Part shown: piece by piece, positions 24,384 through 44,126 of the stretch | Position numbering within the stretch: position 1 is the stretch's first letter | Layout of the letters: the number at the start of each line of letters is the position of its first letter | From: Paraspadella gotoi | Lineage: Eukaryota > Animalia > Chaetognatha | DNA: 64,000 nt | NCBI GenBank assembly: GCA_051294375.1 | Contig: CM119265.1 | Location: forward strand, 14,396,414-14,460,413 | Reading direction: 5' to 3' | Notes under the pieces: model-generated | The model's input: only the letters and a program-made list of their open reading frames with translations | What the model was told of the DNA's origin: nothing | Databases searched by the model: none | Translations under genes and position numbers: made by a program

Positions 24384-24656
24384 TAATTTATTAATATTAT
24401 ACGTTCGATTACTGTAAACGCAAATACGGTACTAAGTAAAACTTATGATTGGATGAAAAAGGTCTTAGTTTTTGTGTTCGATTTAACTGGACTCATAAAA
24501 ATAAATTAGTTCAATGAAAACTGCTAAAGTACTGCAATCCAAGCAGTCCATTCCTTTTAACCATACATGCTGACGGTGACATTTAGTAGCGAATTTTTGG
24601 TGACAGACACTGAACCGAAGCGAAAATAAAAGGATTGTTATTGGTTTGATCTTGTA

Positions 24657-26220
24657 ATGATTTTAATGAGACGAACTTGGCTCTCCGTGTCAGCACACAG
24701 TGGCGTGACGATGACTTCTAGAGGGGTGGTAACCTGTTAAAATTTATAAGATTAAATTTATTATTTTACATGACCTTAGTACAACGTTACCTACAATTAT
24801 TTGAACAATTGATCGGATTCTTTTTTCTTTCAAAAAAATCTCGTTCTGGTCGTCTTCGTCCAATAACCTTTGTTTGTTCGCAAGAAGTTTTTTTCTTTTT
24901 CTATGAGAGTAAAAAACTTACCAGATATATACGTATTTTATACATTTTCTACATATTACTTTCATTATACCTTGTTCGTATTATGTAAAGATAGCCAAGG
25001 TATACGGCAAGAACGAATAGGCAAAAACAGAAAATCCAAATTAATGTCAGTGCCACTAAAATTATTGATTAGATTAGGTAAAGTTAAAAAAGGCGCCAAC
25101 GTCTCATTTATTTCCTGCTACTTACCAAGGGACATGATTTCGAAAATGGAAAAAAACAGTTCACTACTCAGTTACTGAACTCGATTTAGTTTCGAAGAGT
25201 CACGAATTTAAACTAATCGACAGGAAGAGATAAAAGCCGATATCCCAGAAACAAACTCTTTTGGATTTTTTCGCTTATCACGGCGACGGCCCAGAAAATT
25301 TTTGTTACTTTTTTCGCCAGCGGATTCTGAAAATCTTAAGCGAAGGCCGCCACCTCGCTATGACGGTCCGCCTTACGAAGGGCACCTGTATCCTGCCGTC
25401 GCCGCCTACGCCCCCTCATCTCTCCGCGGGCTCGAAGATGGTGACAGCAAGCTATGGTGTGCTTGTGGCCTATCCAAACGTCAACCATGGTGTGATGGTT
25501 CTCATGCGGTGAGCGCCTATCGCCGGTTTTATTTTATTCCTAAAAAAGTGTAGTGGTATTTGTTCGTTCAGTGCTGCTAAAATTAGTTATTTAATCGTGA
25601 CCTATATGTTTAACTTATGATTATTCCACGTAAAAATTTGAGGAGATATTTAGCTCTAGTCTTTCAATTTTCGGGTCATAATTGAATTTCTCGTTTTAGG
25701 GGAATTTTTGATTTTTCAGAGCGTTTTTTGGTAGTTTTCTGTTTTTTGATAATTTTAAAGTTAACTCGCCGTCGAGGAGGGACCAAAAAAAAATGTTGCT
25801 GTAAGAGCAGTATAACAGGATAATTCTGACCAAATATCTACGATTTCTCTGAAGATTTTGCTTAGGATTAAAGAAAGAACTAAAAAAAAAATCTGAGGAA
25901 TATTAATGATGACCTAATTATAGTTTAGCTGCTTTGGACTCAGGGAACCGGAATTAAACCTTTGAGATGGATCGTTCCAGCGAAGAAGCAATCTCTTTAT
26001 TCGCTTTGTAATTGCAAGTATACGAAATCACCACCTTATTGCGATGGTACATAAGGGAATTAAGTTTGTCTGCTTTGGCTGCTTCAATAAAACTTAACGC
26101 TTTTTAGGAACTCACGTCAATCTCCCGTGCGACTACTTAGACAGAATAGCAAACTGTATAACTGCTCACGGTCAAGTGTCGAAGCTATGTTCCGACTGCG
26201 GTTGGGTCCCTGACTTTTAG
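24657..26220 (+). CDS. CISD3: CDGSH iron-sulfur domain protein 3 (MiNT) with two CDGSH domains; 5' exon uncertain
   Basis: Exon to 25508 reads WCACGLSKRQPWCDGSH. Exons 25944-26046 and 26108-26220 read LCNCKYTKSPPYCDGTH...KLCSDCGWVPDF*. The putative first exon from ATG 24657 (MILMRRTWLSVSAH) resembles a mitochondrial presequence, but its splicing is not certain. Confidence 0.85.
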
Positions 26221-26257
26221 AGAACGTTCATTGCCTGAACTTTTATCATAGTAGAGT

Positions 26258-34012
<7,755 letters not shown>

Positions 34013-34447
34013 CTTATTGATATTGACTTAATCGTAATTTATTTTTGAATAAAAGAAATTAAGACTGATGGTTTCTTTTTTTTTTTTTGTTATTTCAATC
34101 TAAATTTATGGTTCTTTCTTCTTTTTTTTTAAATTCTATCTTGGTGGTTAAATTAATGAGTTTTGTGTTTTACAGTTCTATTAAAAAATAAAAAGTCATT
34201 AACAGCAAACGCACAAACTCAAACCAAAATAATATAGTGCAAGTTATTCAACAAAACTTCTCTTCAATGATACTTAGGATTTCTATACAAAAAAAAATGT
34301 GGGATCGGGTGCTAATATTTTTTTAAAACATTTTTAAACATTTTTAGAATTGACTGTAATACTTGTATTACTCTATTTAGTAATTATATGCCTAGACTAA
34401 AAACAAATTGCACATACTTGTAACTGCTAAGTATCGACTTGTAACTG

Positions 34448-37400
34448 CTAAGTTTCGACCTCCGATTCCTTGGTCGCCATGATGTCTTGATATGCTGCGT
34501 TTGTGGCTTCTTTGAGAGTCTCGCTCACTTCCGACGCGGAAGAGGCCGCCTCAAAAACGTGGCACCGGAATTTTGCCCCTTTGGCCGCACCATCGTCGGA
34601 CTGCCGCGAGACGAACCCAAACAGGCGGTCGTTGTCCTTGTGCGTCGTCCAAAAGGCTATGTCGGCGAGTTGGAACCGCGCTTCGACCTTTTGCTCGGTC
34701 GAGTCGGCATCGACGACGTCGAGGTTTCGCTTGTCAACGACGAGTTCCACTCGCGGCGACCGAAAAACGTTGTTAATTGCGCGCGCGGCCAGGACTTGAC
34801 GCATCGCCTCGTGAACGACTCGTTCCCCACGATCCTCGCTCACGAGCAGAGATCCCAGGAAGCGCGTAGAATGTCGGTTCAACGGCTCCTCTAAAAGCGA
34901 ACCCAAAGTAAAAACGAAAGAATAAGATATATCAAAAATACAAATATTAAAAAGAAAAAAAAACTTGCAGGCAGTTAATACCGGATGATCCGCTGTATTT
35001 GTTCTTTGACAGAATTTCGAACGTGACTGGAGCTGAAGTTGGAGTGAAATCGGTTGGCGAAGTAGTGGAAGGCGACGACTCTGAACTCTTTCCCGTGGAA
35101 CCTGAACGACACACACAGGCTTTATTAATCTATTCTACTTTGAATATTTCCTCCTCGCTTTTACCGTTCTCCCTTTCGCCTTTGGCCTCCATTTCCTTGA
35201 GCGTTTTTCCGGCGGCTTCAACCCCCGAGTTTGTTTTCTCCATTTTGGCGCCACCAACTTCGTTACTTAAGCGTTCAAACTCCTCCAACTAAAGTAAACA
35301 GAAAAGAGGAAAAGTTAATGAAACTAACACTGTCTGCAGAAGCCAAGTATTTTCCAGGTTGGAATCGCCAAGATGGAGTGCGCTGGGTCTCCGAAGGTGT
35401 TGGAGCTGAGCCCCAATCCTATCGTCTTTGAACCCGTTAGCCCCGTAACCAACGTCTTCTACGATGACGCAAATCGCCAAGTTTTCACTGTCAGGTTGGC
35501 AAATCGCCAAATGGTTGACGTACGTAATTTATCTCGGTCTTTACTTTTTTTTCACTTTTCTTAGATCCGGAGGTGCCACCGGCGTTTCTTGTAAAGGACC
35601 CGACGATCGTACCATACACAATTTTCGAATGGAGGACAAAGGCTCGGTCATGTCCATCAAATTTTCGCCCGAATACAAAATTTTGGCCATTCAAAGAGGT
35701 ACGAAGGAAATAAAATTACCTTGAAAACAAATTTGTAAAAAGAAATTCAATCACGCAGGGCAAAAGTCGGTCGAGTTTGCCAATTACATCAACGGCGAAA
35801 TAGATCCGGTAGAATACTCTCAGGCCGTCAAAGGAAAAATGGCGAAAATCATTGGGTTTTGTTGGACATCTCCTTTTGAGATCGTCTTCATTACTGATTG
35901 CGGTGTTGAACTTTACACGGTTATTCCAGAAAAAAGAACGCTCAAAAATATCAAGGTGATCTAAAACCTTCTTAATTATTCAATGTATATATAAACTATT
36001 GCCAGATTTCATAAGCAATTTGGAAATTTAATCCATTTTATTATTATCAGGTTATAAATCTTAATATCAACTGGTTCGTCTTCCATGCCGATAGCAGCGT
36101 CTTGATCCTGTCCTCAGGCAAAGCGGGTAACATGCTACATCCACTTCAGTTCAAGCAACAGTCAGTTATCAAACTTCCCAAGTTCGAGGTTGAATTATCA
36201 CCGAGTAAGTCGTCTTCCAGCCAAACCGTCTTACAGGTAACACACAAGTTAGAACTGATGGGGGCTTATGAACGTTCTCCATCTACATTTTTAATTATCA
36301 CAGGAACGTGATGTGAGCATCGTCATGCTTTACGGTCATTTGTACATTTCCGTTTTACGTCAACAACCTCGCGGCAATGGGAACGCTTCGCCAACTTCTG
36401 GTCCGACAGGAGCCGAGATTGTACTTTGTCAGTTGCAGGACGGTCAAGTCCGAAAAACGGACATTTTGAGGCTTGACATGAACGGAAGGTTTGCTATATC
36501 CGTGGTTGACAACCTTGTCATAGTTCACATTCAGGTAAAGTACTTGTACTAATAAATAATTAGGCGCTTTCGAGATTTTCTTGATCGACGGTTCTTTTTT
36601 TCTCCGACCAGTCAACCAAGGCCTCCCTAGTGTTCGACATTCGCCTGGGGGCTGATTTTCCAGAGCACCAAGTCAACGTCCATCGCCCCCTCTTCGAGCC
36701 CGTCAAAATTAAGCCCTTTAAGATAACCCCAGCACTCGGAATCCCAATGCTTCCCAAATCTAACGACGAGGATGATTTCTGCGAACTCTACGCTAATACG
36801 TGGATCCTGTTTCAACCGGACGTTGTCATTGACGCTGCCTTAGGTTTAGGAGAAATTTCTTGATCGTTTTTTTAAACATATATCTCATTTTCTATTGACG
36901 TCACCCAGGTTGCCTTTGGTATCTTCACCTGAAGTTGGATCACGTGATACCGTTAATCAAAAGTTCCGCGCGTCTTGTGGATTTTCTGCTACTTCGTCGC
37001 GACTCAAAAACGACGATCCTCACCGTCTGTAAGCAAATGCTCGGTCCTGCGGAGACACCGACTCCACTGCCCATCGTTGCCCAAATCTTCGACAGACTTA
37101 ACGAATGCTACAGGTCATTGAGGAGAGTTTTCGTTTGTTTCGCACATGCTTCATGGTCTTTTTTTCGATCGCAGGGTTTATATTGACCAAGAGCAACAGG
37201 CGTCCATGTCGCAGTGGTTCGTGGAAAGTGATTTTCACGTTTCTCGAATGTCCCTTGACTCAGGTGTTGAATAAAACGAGAATATGAGAAAAAAAAATCG
37301 TTTTATTATTTACAGTCGAAATCATCCTTGTATCCCAATAAAATGCTTACGTATTATTTACACAGGCCCTACGAGAGTTTCTTTCGGCTCTGCCTCGTCA

Positions 37401-40220
37401 TATCGTCGTCGTGGTCCGGTTATCATCGACCAGTCGGACATGTACACACACGTTCTTTCAGTTTTCGTCGACAACAAAGATATTCCTTCAAAGCGACTCG
37501 TTTCAGGTTTTGGCACACGTTTCTTTTGAGACATTTCGTGCATCTCAAACTTATTTTTTTTTTTTTTAGTACTCACCGAATACATTCGTTCCCTTAATCA
37601 ACAACGCGTTCCCGTGCAGCATTACCTTTACGAGATTTTAATTAACACTCTCGTTCACTGTAATTGCTTCTACCAACTGCATCAACTACTTCAGTATCAC
37701 GTCATCTCGGACTCAAAGCCATTGGCTTGCCTCATGCTGTCCCTGGAAAACGTTTATCCACCAGCACATCAGCTGGCGCTCGATATGCTGAAACGTCTCG
37801 GCACGGCTAATGAGGAAATTGTTGAGGTGCTGCTGTCAAAAAACCAGCTGCTGGCAGCCTTGCGATTCGTTCGTGGCATTGGTGCTCAGGACACTATTTC
37901 GGCGCGAAAATTTTTGGAAGCGGCCCTTAACACCGGCGACAAGTTGACTTTTTTCTCAATTTTTAAATTTTTTGAGCAGAGGAACGTTCGGTTGCGCGGA
38001 AAGCCTCAGTTTCCCGCAGGAGAACATTGTGACAAATACGTTCGACATTTCGAAGCAACCTTCATTAGCAAAGGACAAAACGGAGTTGACTAATAAACAT
38101 AAAGATAACAAAAAACAAAAAATCCCTATGCTTATAAAGAAATGTCTACATTTCTCATTCTAGACTGTTATAATTTTGTGTAATCCGTTATTATATTTAT
38201 AGTGTTCCTTCCGTTTAAATACTAGGTTTAACAAATGTTTATTACACCATTTTATATCTAATGATTTAAATTTATTTCTAGGTTTTAAAATTTACGATCG
38301 ATCGTATCTTTTAAATAGAATAGATAGCTAATAAAACTAGTCCATTTAGATTCTACAAAGCTATTTTCCCATGCCAAGTGATTCCGTCTTTGGACTGAAT
38401 CGCCTTAAAGGTATGTTTAATGAATCAATAGTAGGGTCACCTGTAACTTAGCTATGTCGGCCGCTGCGGCGTCAGAATCGGAATTGACGAGGTTGACGAT
38501 GGTGGCTATCCACTCGTCCATGTGTCGACTATTTTCCGCTTGCATAATGTAAACGATTCGCTCTTCTTCCCCTCCTCCTGACGCCACTTGAAATACGAAT
38601 CTGATAAACGAGTCGGTATAAAAAAATGCTTTAAAATTTGATTAGCGATTATATAATAGATGTATTTTTATATTCATACAATACGTATATATTTATAATA
38701 AGGAAATCATTAATTACCGTCGATCGTCTATTTCTATGGGGTGTACGGTGATTCCTTTCTCTATTTCAACAAGTGGAGTCGCCACCATCGCATCCCTTCT
38801 TTGCATCAATAGATTTCTTGCCTGAATGAAGACGTATACGCGATCCCATCGATAGGTAGTTAGACCGAGGCGGCTTTTGGGTTCCTGCTCAGAGAAACAT
38901 AATTTGAGAGATTTTCAGGGTCATGTCTTTCACTTTATAGGGATAATAATTTCAATCAATTATTGATAATATAGTGAAAGCGATTTAATTATGGCAAATT
39001 TGGCGGTTCGTTCTTCCATCAAGTTTCTGTGATCACTATAAATTACGGATTTCTTCAGGGACACATAACTCTAAACTGACCCTGAATCGAATATTGAGAT
39101 ATCCCGCTTTTTGGTTCATGCTTAGGTTTGCTCGTATTTGCGACATTTCTTTTGGAGGTTCGGCGTAGTACAAGGGAAGGCACTGTTCCTCTAGGAAGTG
39201 CGCCGTGTCGGATAGACGTTGAGTTTCCTCTCCGAGTTCCTAAAAATGTTAATGTCAAAAGTTTAACGAAATTTAAATACTAATTCAATGGTAAATATCA
39301 ATAATAACAAACCTGGTGAACCGTCTGCACGCTGGCTGAGATATTTTCACAAAAGCTGTCAAGCTCGTCATTCGTCAAAAGATTTTCTATACCAAGTTTA
39401 TACAATTCTTTGGATGATTGAATAAATCCCAAATAAGGCTCAATCAACGCATATTTCCTTTTAAGCTGAAGTGTATTCAAGGCAAGGATGTATTGCATCA
39501 TTGTTTGATGATATTTGTGACGCATGTGAAAAACCTTTAAATTAAAAATATTTATTATATATTCAAACAAGAATAACTTCATAACTACGTACTTCCTGAT
39601 TAATTTCCAGCTTCTTTTTTTCAGAATCTTTCTTTGTTAATCGGGAATGCTTGACAAGTGAAGTCTCTAATTCTTGTTCTGACAAGTGAGTCATTCCATG
39701 AAGAGAAGTAAGTTCTTCCATGTCAGTTTTTATGAAGTTGGAAAGGGGTATGGCAACCGAATCCTTCTCAAAAATGTTTATATAAGATAATATAGAATTG
39801 CTGATAAATTTTTTTTTACTTTACCTGTAGTTGTTGCGCCTGTATTTGATGCCAAGAAGAAATGTCCTCTAGTGTTCTACCGAATTGGGACAGTGTTACT
39901 CCCAATATGGAATCGTTTGTTTCCAAGGGAAATTTACCGTTTTGATATCCTTGTGCTAATTGTGCTAAGTCGTGAGTTGCGTTTGCTATTTCTACATGTG
40001 ATTTAATAACCTATTGGGAGTATTAATGTTATTAGTATTAAAGTTAATAAACTGTTAATGAATTGATTAAAAGAATCAGTCTCACTTTCAAAGCATTGTC
40101 TTGCATCCGATTTGAGAATTCTCGTAATTGTACTGCATCTTGTTCAAAAAGTTTTAGGAGATTTCGTGATTGAGGATTGTCCTCCAGTGCATCTTCCAAA
40201 AGTAGTTTTGTCGCACTCAT
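34448..40220 (-). CDS. APPL1: APPL adaptor (DCC-interacting protein 13; BAR-PH-PTB Rab5 effector), multi-exon
   Basis: ATG 40220 MSATKLLLEDALEDNPQSRNLLKLFEQDA. BAR region HQTMMQYILALNTLQLKRKYALIEPYLG; PH region QKAGYLNIR, WDRVYVFIQ, MQAENSRHMDEWIATIVN; PTB region RFLGSLLV..VVHEAMRQVLAARAINNVFR, HKDNDRLFGFV, CHVFEA. Stop at 34448. Confidence 0.93.
35373..38093 (+). CDS. RMC1: Regulator of MON1-CCZ1 complex (RMC1/C18orf8/Mic1), multi-exon, nested antisense in an APPL intron
   Basis: FEPVSPVTNVFYDDANRQVFTVRSGGATGV, FRMEDKGSVMSIKFSP, GRFAISVVDNLVIVH, and the Mic1 domain FYQLHQLLQYHVISDSKPLACLMLSLE...QLALDMLKRL...FFEQRNVRLRG. Confidence 0.95.
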
Positions 40221-41229
40221 GTTTGAAAGTTTGCTTGAAACCGTGATGAGATTAAATAACGACGTTAGTGGTGCAAAAAATTCTTTTTATAAGAAGAATG
40301 CGGTTTAAATTACTCCAAACAGCGGTGTGAATTTAATTTGGGGGAAAATTATTGAACGCATTTTCTTACAACCAAGACATGGTGAAGATGTTCTTTTGTT
40401 GGCAAAGAGTGAACAGCTGATTTTTGATAAAACTAATGAAATTTTTTCATAAATATAGTTAAAACATAATATTTATTTTAACCTTTGTTTTAATGATTTA
40501 TTTTTTGGTTAAAAATAGTTTTATCAAATTATAAACCAAATATTTTTACTAACTCTTTGTTGGTTGTTTGTTTTTTTTACGTCACACTCCACAACGAATT
40601 TCCCAGTGCCTTACTCACTACTAACAAATGACGTATAGTTTCATTTTCAACGTTTTTCCCGATCTTTTTCACAATTTCATAGCCTCTTGATAATATCATC
40701 CTCATTCTACGTTTCTCAGTTATACTTGGAACCACTGATCTATTTTTTTTATCAAAGTATACCCAAATTATCATAAGTTACGATAAAATAGTTATTTAAT
40801 TGTCATAAACGTTCAATCTTAAATATTTGAATTATATTTTTCAATTTAATTATATTTGCTCTAGTATTAGTCATAATTCCTACTTCTACCTTGAGCAACT
40901 ATACTTGCGTAACCATCAGTAAGATTCTGGGCTTGTTAAGACTTGCTTTTGCTAAAAAATTACCTAAAGTTTAAAAAGCATTTTTTCAGATTTATTTTAT
41001 TAAGCTAAAAATTAGAATTTAATTATAATTTTTTTGTTTCGTTAGCTGAAAACAAATTTGTTTTATTTTCAGAGAAGAAAAATATAAATTTTTGTATTTT
41101 GTTCATGGTAAAGAAAGTGAAATACTTAGGGTGACAAATACTTGGTAAAATTTTGCAAGCATGCTTGTTAAGTAAAACAAGCAAAAAATTTAATCAAAAA
41201 AAGTATGTTCTCTTTATTTTAAAAACCTT

Positions 41230-41405
41230 TACTTTCGCCGACCGGGGTTAGGGAAGCGTTAGGGTGAAGGGTAATTTAGGGGCGTTTAGGATTAGGGGTG
41301 GTTAGGGTTAGGAAGGTTTAGGTTTAGTAATTAAGTAATATTTTTTTCTAATTTTTTTTTAAATAGTTTTTCAAAAGCCTGCCATAACCGCGGTCGGCGA
41401 AAGTA
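41230..41405. mobile_element. 176-bp MITE with an internal degenerate TTAGGG array
   Basis: 15-bp TIR TACTTTCGCCGACCG / CGGTCGGCGAAAGTA; interior GTTAGGG, TTTAGGG, GTTAGGGTTAGG. Confidence 0.75.
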
Positions 41406-44126
41406 TTATTTAGCCCCTTTACGTTTTACTAGAGTAAAATAAAGCTTTTTTCTTTCAGAATTAGTAAAAATAATTCAATTGTAATTTATTTTTCTATAGT
41501 GTACTTAATTTTGAAATTTATCATAATTTTGACTTAACTTAACTGTAAAGAGGTTTTAACAAAAAAGATTTTAAAATTATACCTTAAAAGAGCCCTGTGA
41601 TTGTTGCTTCATTTTGGTACCATTTCCATCCACATACTCCTCTTTCCTCAAAAGATATTAAAGAAAATCACTTTTTTCTCTCAACCTTCCTTTTAATTTC
41701 TTTTTAAATAAATATTTCACAAAGAAAACTGGACTATTTCATTTAAACCTGATCGTTTGTTATCAAAAACTTCATCAAATGAAAAAAGAAAAACTTGACT
41801 AGCCCTTGAGATATTTGGCTACCAAAATCACAAGGTTTTAAATCGACTTTTTACAGATATCTTACCGTTATTGCCTCAAGATGTTACGTTTCCGCAATTT
41901 TTCCTTTTAAATTTAATTTATATAAAAAATAAAAATTTCAAAATGAGGAAAAGTCGGTCCAGAAGTGAGTAATTGATTTAATCCAGTTGGTTTCATATGA
42001 AAACTACAGTAAAATGTCGTATAAAAAAATTGACAAGCGGTTGAGTCACTGCACTATCGGAATCTCGTTTTTCTAAGTCAATTTTCTAACCGAATCAAGT
42101 CGTTAATCCCTCAAGATTTTCGGTAGTCAGATTCGAACGAAAATCTCTATTAAAAAAATGTGGAATATTTTTTCCGAAGAGAATTGACTCCTAATTAAAT
42201 AGTAAAAACAAATTTTCATAAAATCATTGTATTCTTTCAAGATATTTTCGGTTTCATTATAACCTACTCCTTTTTGCTAGGATCCAGCCAGTTTATCCAT
42301 ATTAAACCGGTTATGCCCAAATGTCGATTGCCAACGAATTTTTAAGAACTCCATATTTGAATGGGCTTAATCTTTATCTTTCGGAACCTCACTGTTGGTT
42401 TTTTTTTCTCTCTCCTTTTTCTCCTCTTTTCCTGTTTTTAAATTGAACTCCCTTTTAAATATAAAATTTAAAGATACGGACTAGAAAGGGTTAGGGATTA
42501 ATGGCAGGGTGGGAATGTTATTGAATTATGGGATTAAGGGGAGCTGGGTTACCGTTATGGTTTAGGCAATTTATTATGTAGAACATTTTAAAATGAAATC
42601 ATCCGAAAATCCGAAAATTCTTATTTTTTATTGTTGTTATTATTATTATTATTATTAGTAGTATTATTATTAGTATTATTATATATATCTTGGTCCACGT
42701 TGCACATGGAATTCAAAATATACAAATTTCTTAATCTATGTTTTGATTTGTGATTGATCATGCTCTGATCAATCAATCAATCATCATCCTACTTATTAAC
42801 GGTCTTTCCTGTGGTGATCCCATAGGCTAAAGTCCCTATGTTGAAAACTTAGACTTGCGATAATGAGTTAGACCCATATCTTTATGCAATGCGCTTTTAT
42901 AATGAGCACCATGATGAGCCCTTGTTTTGCATTCTTTTTGGTTCCTTTTTCTGTCAATTTTGCACAGGAGTTTTTTCCTGTTCTGAGAAGATATTCATTT
43001 CAAGAATATTCTATGATATTTTAATTATGATAAGTAAATTTTTGGCGCAAATTCGTTTTATGTATTGTCTTTTATCGTTTTGCTTTGCTATCGTTGAATT
43101 TGCAAATTTTGGATTTTTTCTTGTTGTTATTAAATAATATTTAATAACAACAAGAAAAAATATTTAATAAATATTTTGGTATTTGATTTTGTTTAGTACC
43201 ATATATATTGTACAATATGTAATATTCATTTGTTATCGTTAAATTTTCCATAAGCTTGGCCTTGCACTTCCCACATGACGGTCTTATAGCGCAAGTCAAC
43301 CCACGTGTATCAAGACTATCAAGACTCTCATCTTTAATCTGGCTTTTAGTGGTTTCTTCTTCGTCTTTGCGCTCCCGCAGATAATGTAGAAATAGCTCCG
43401 TCGTTTCACCCACATCCTTTGCTGTGGCTAAATTAGACTCAAGACGAGAAATGGAAATTCGCTGCTATTCATGAGTCCATTTTTGAGTTTCTATTTTCCT
43501 CCTCTTGCTCGAATTTTTAGCACAAACAAAAAGCTCCATTTCAGAACCAGCTTTCGCCTTTCTCTTCTCCTCTTTTTTCCCTCCCTTCTTTTTTTTTTTC
43601 ATCCGCAATAGTTTCTCTTTCCTCCTTTCCATCCCTCGCTCCATGAGCTATCTCCATGGCGACGACTGCTACGATACGGACGACGAGAACGACGACGACG
43701 AAAAGTACGACGACCTTGAGTGACGACGACTCGACCTTCTAGCGAGACGGGAGCCATGACTAGTGAAGAAAAGATGTGAGGAAAGTCTGTAATGTTGGCT
43801 ACTGTCATTATTACTGAATCGTAATGAGATCGGGCTCTCATTTCAGTACATTGTGTGAAACCATTCTGACCAACCAACATAATGAGTTTCGGGCCCTTAT
43901 TTCAGTAAATTATGTGTGAAACTATTCTGAAGCATCGAAGTGATTTTAGAATATCTTCTTGACCTTTATGATTAAGAAAGGATATTTCTTTAAGAATTTG
44001 CTTTTCACCAATGTTAAAAAACATTTATCTTTTTGTTTACGTACTAGTTTATCGCCTCCGCAACTATTCCTTTTTTCTTCTAACCATTTCCCTATGATTT
44101 TCTCCATTCGCAGAGAACCGTCTCAA

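Noticed and set aside
43643-43742. Acidic micro-ORF (MSYLHGDD...) upstream of the Bcl-like gene
   Set aside because: It is generated by a (GAC)n repeat. It may be a uORF, but there is no evidence of coding constraint.
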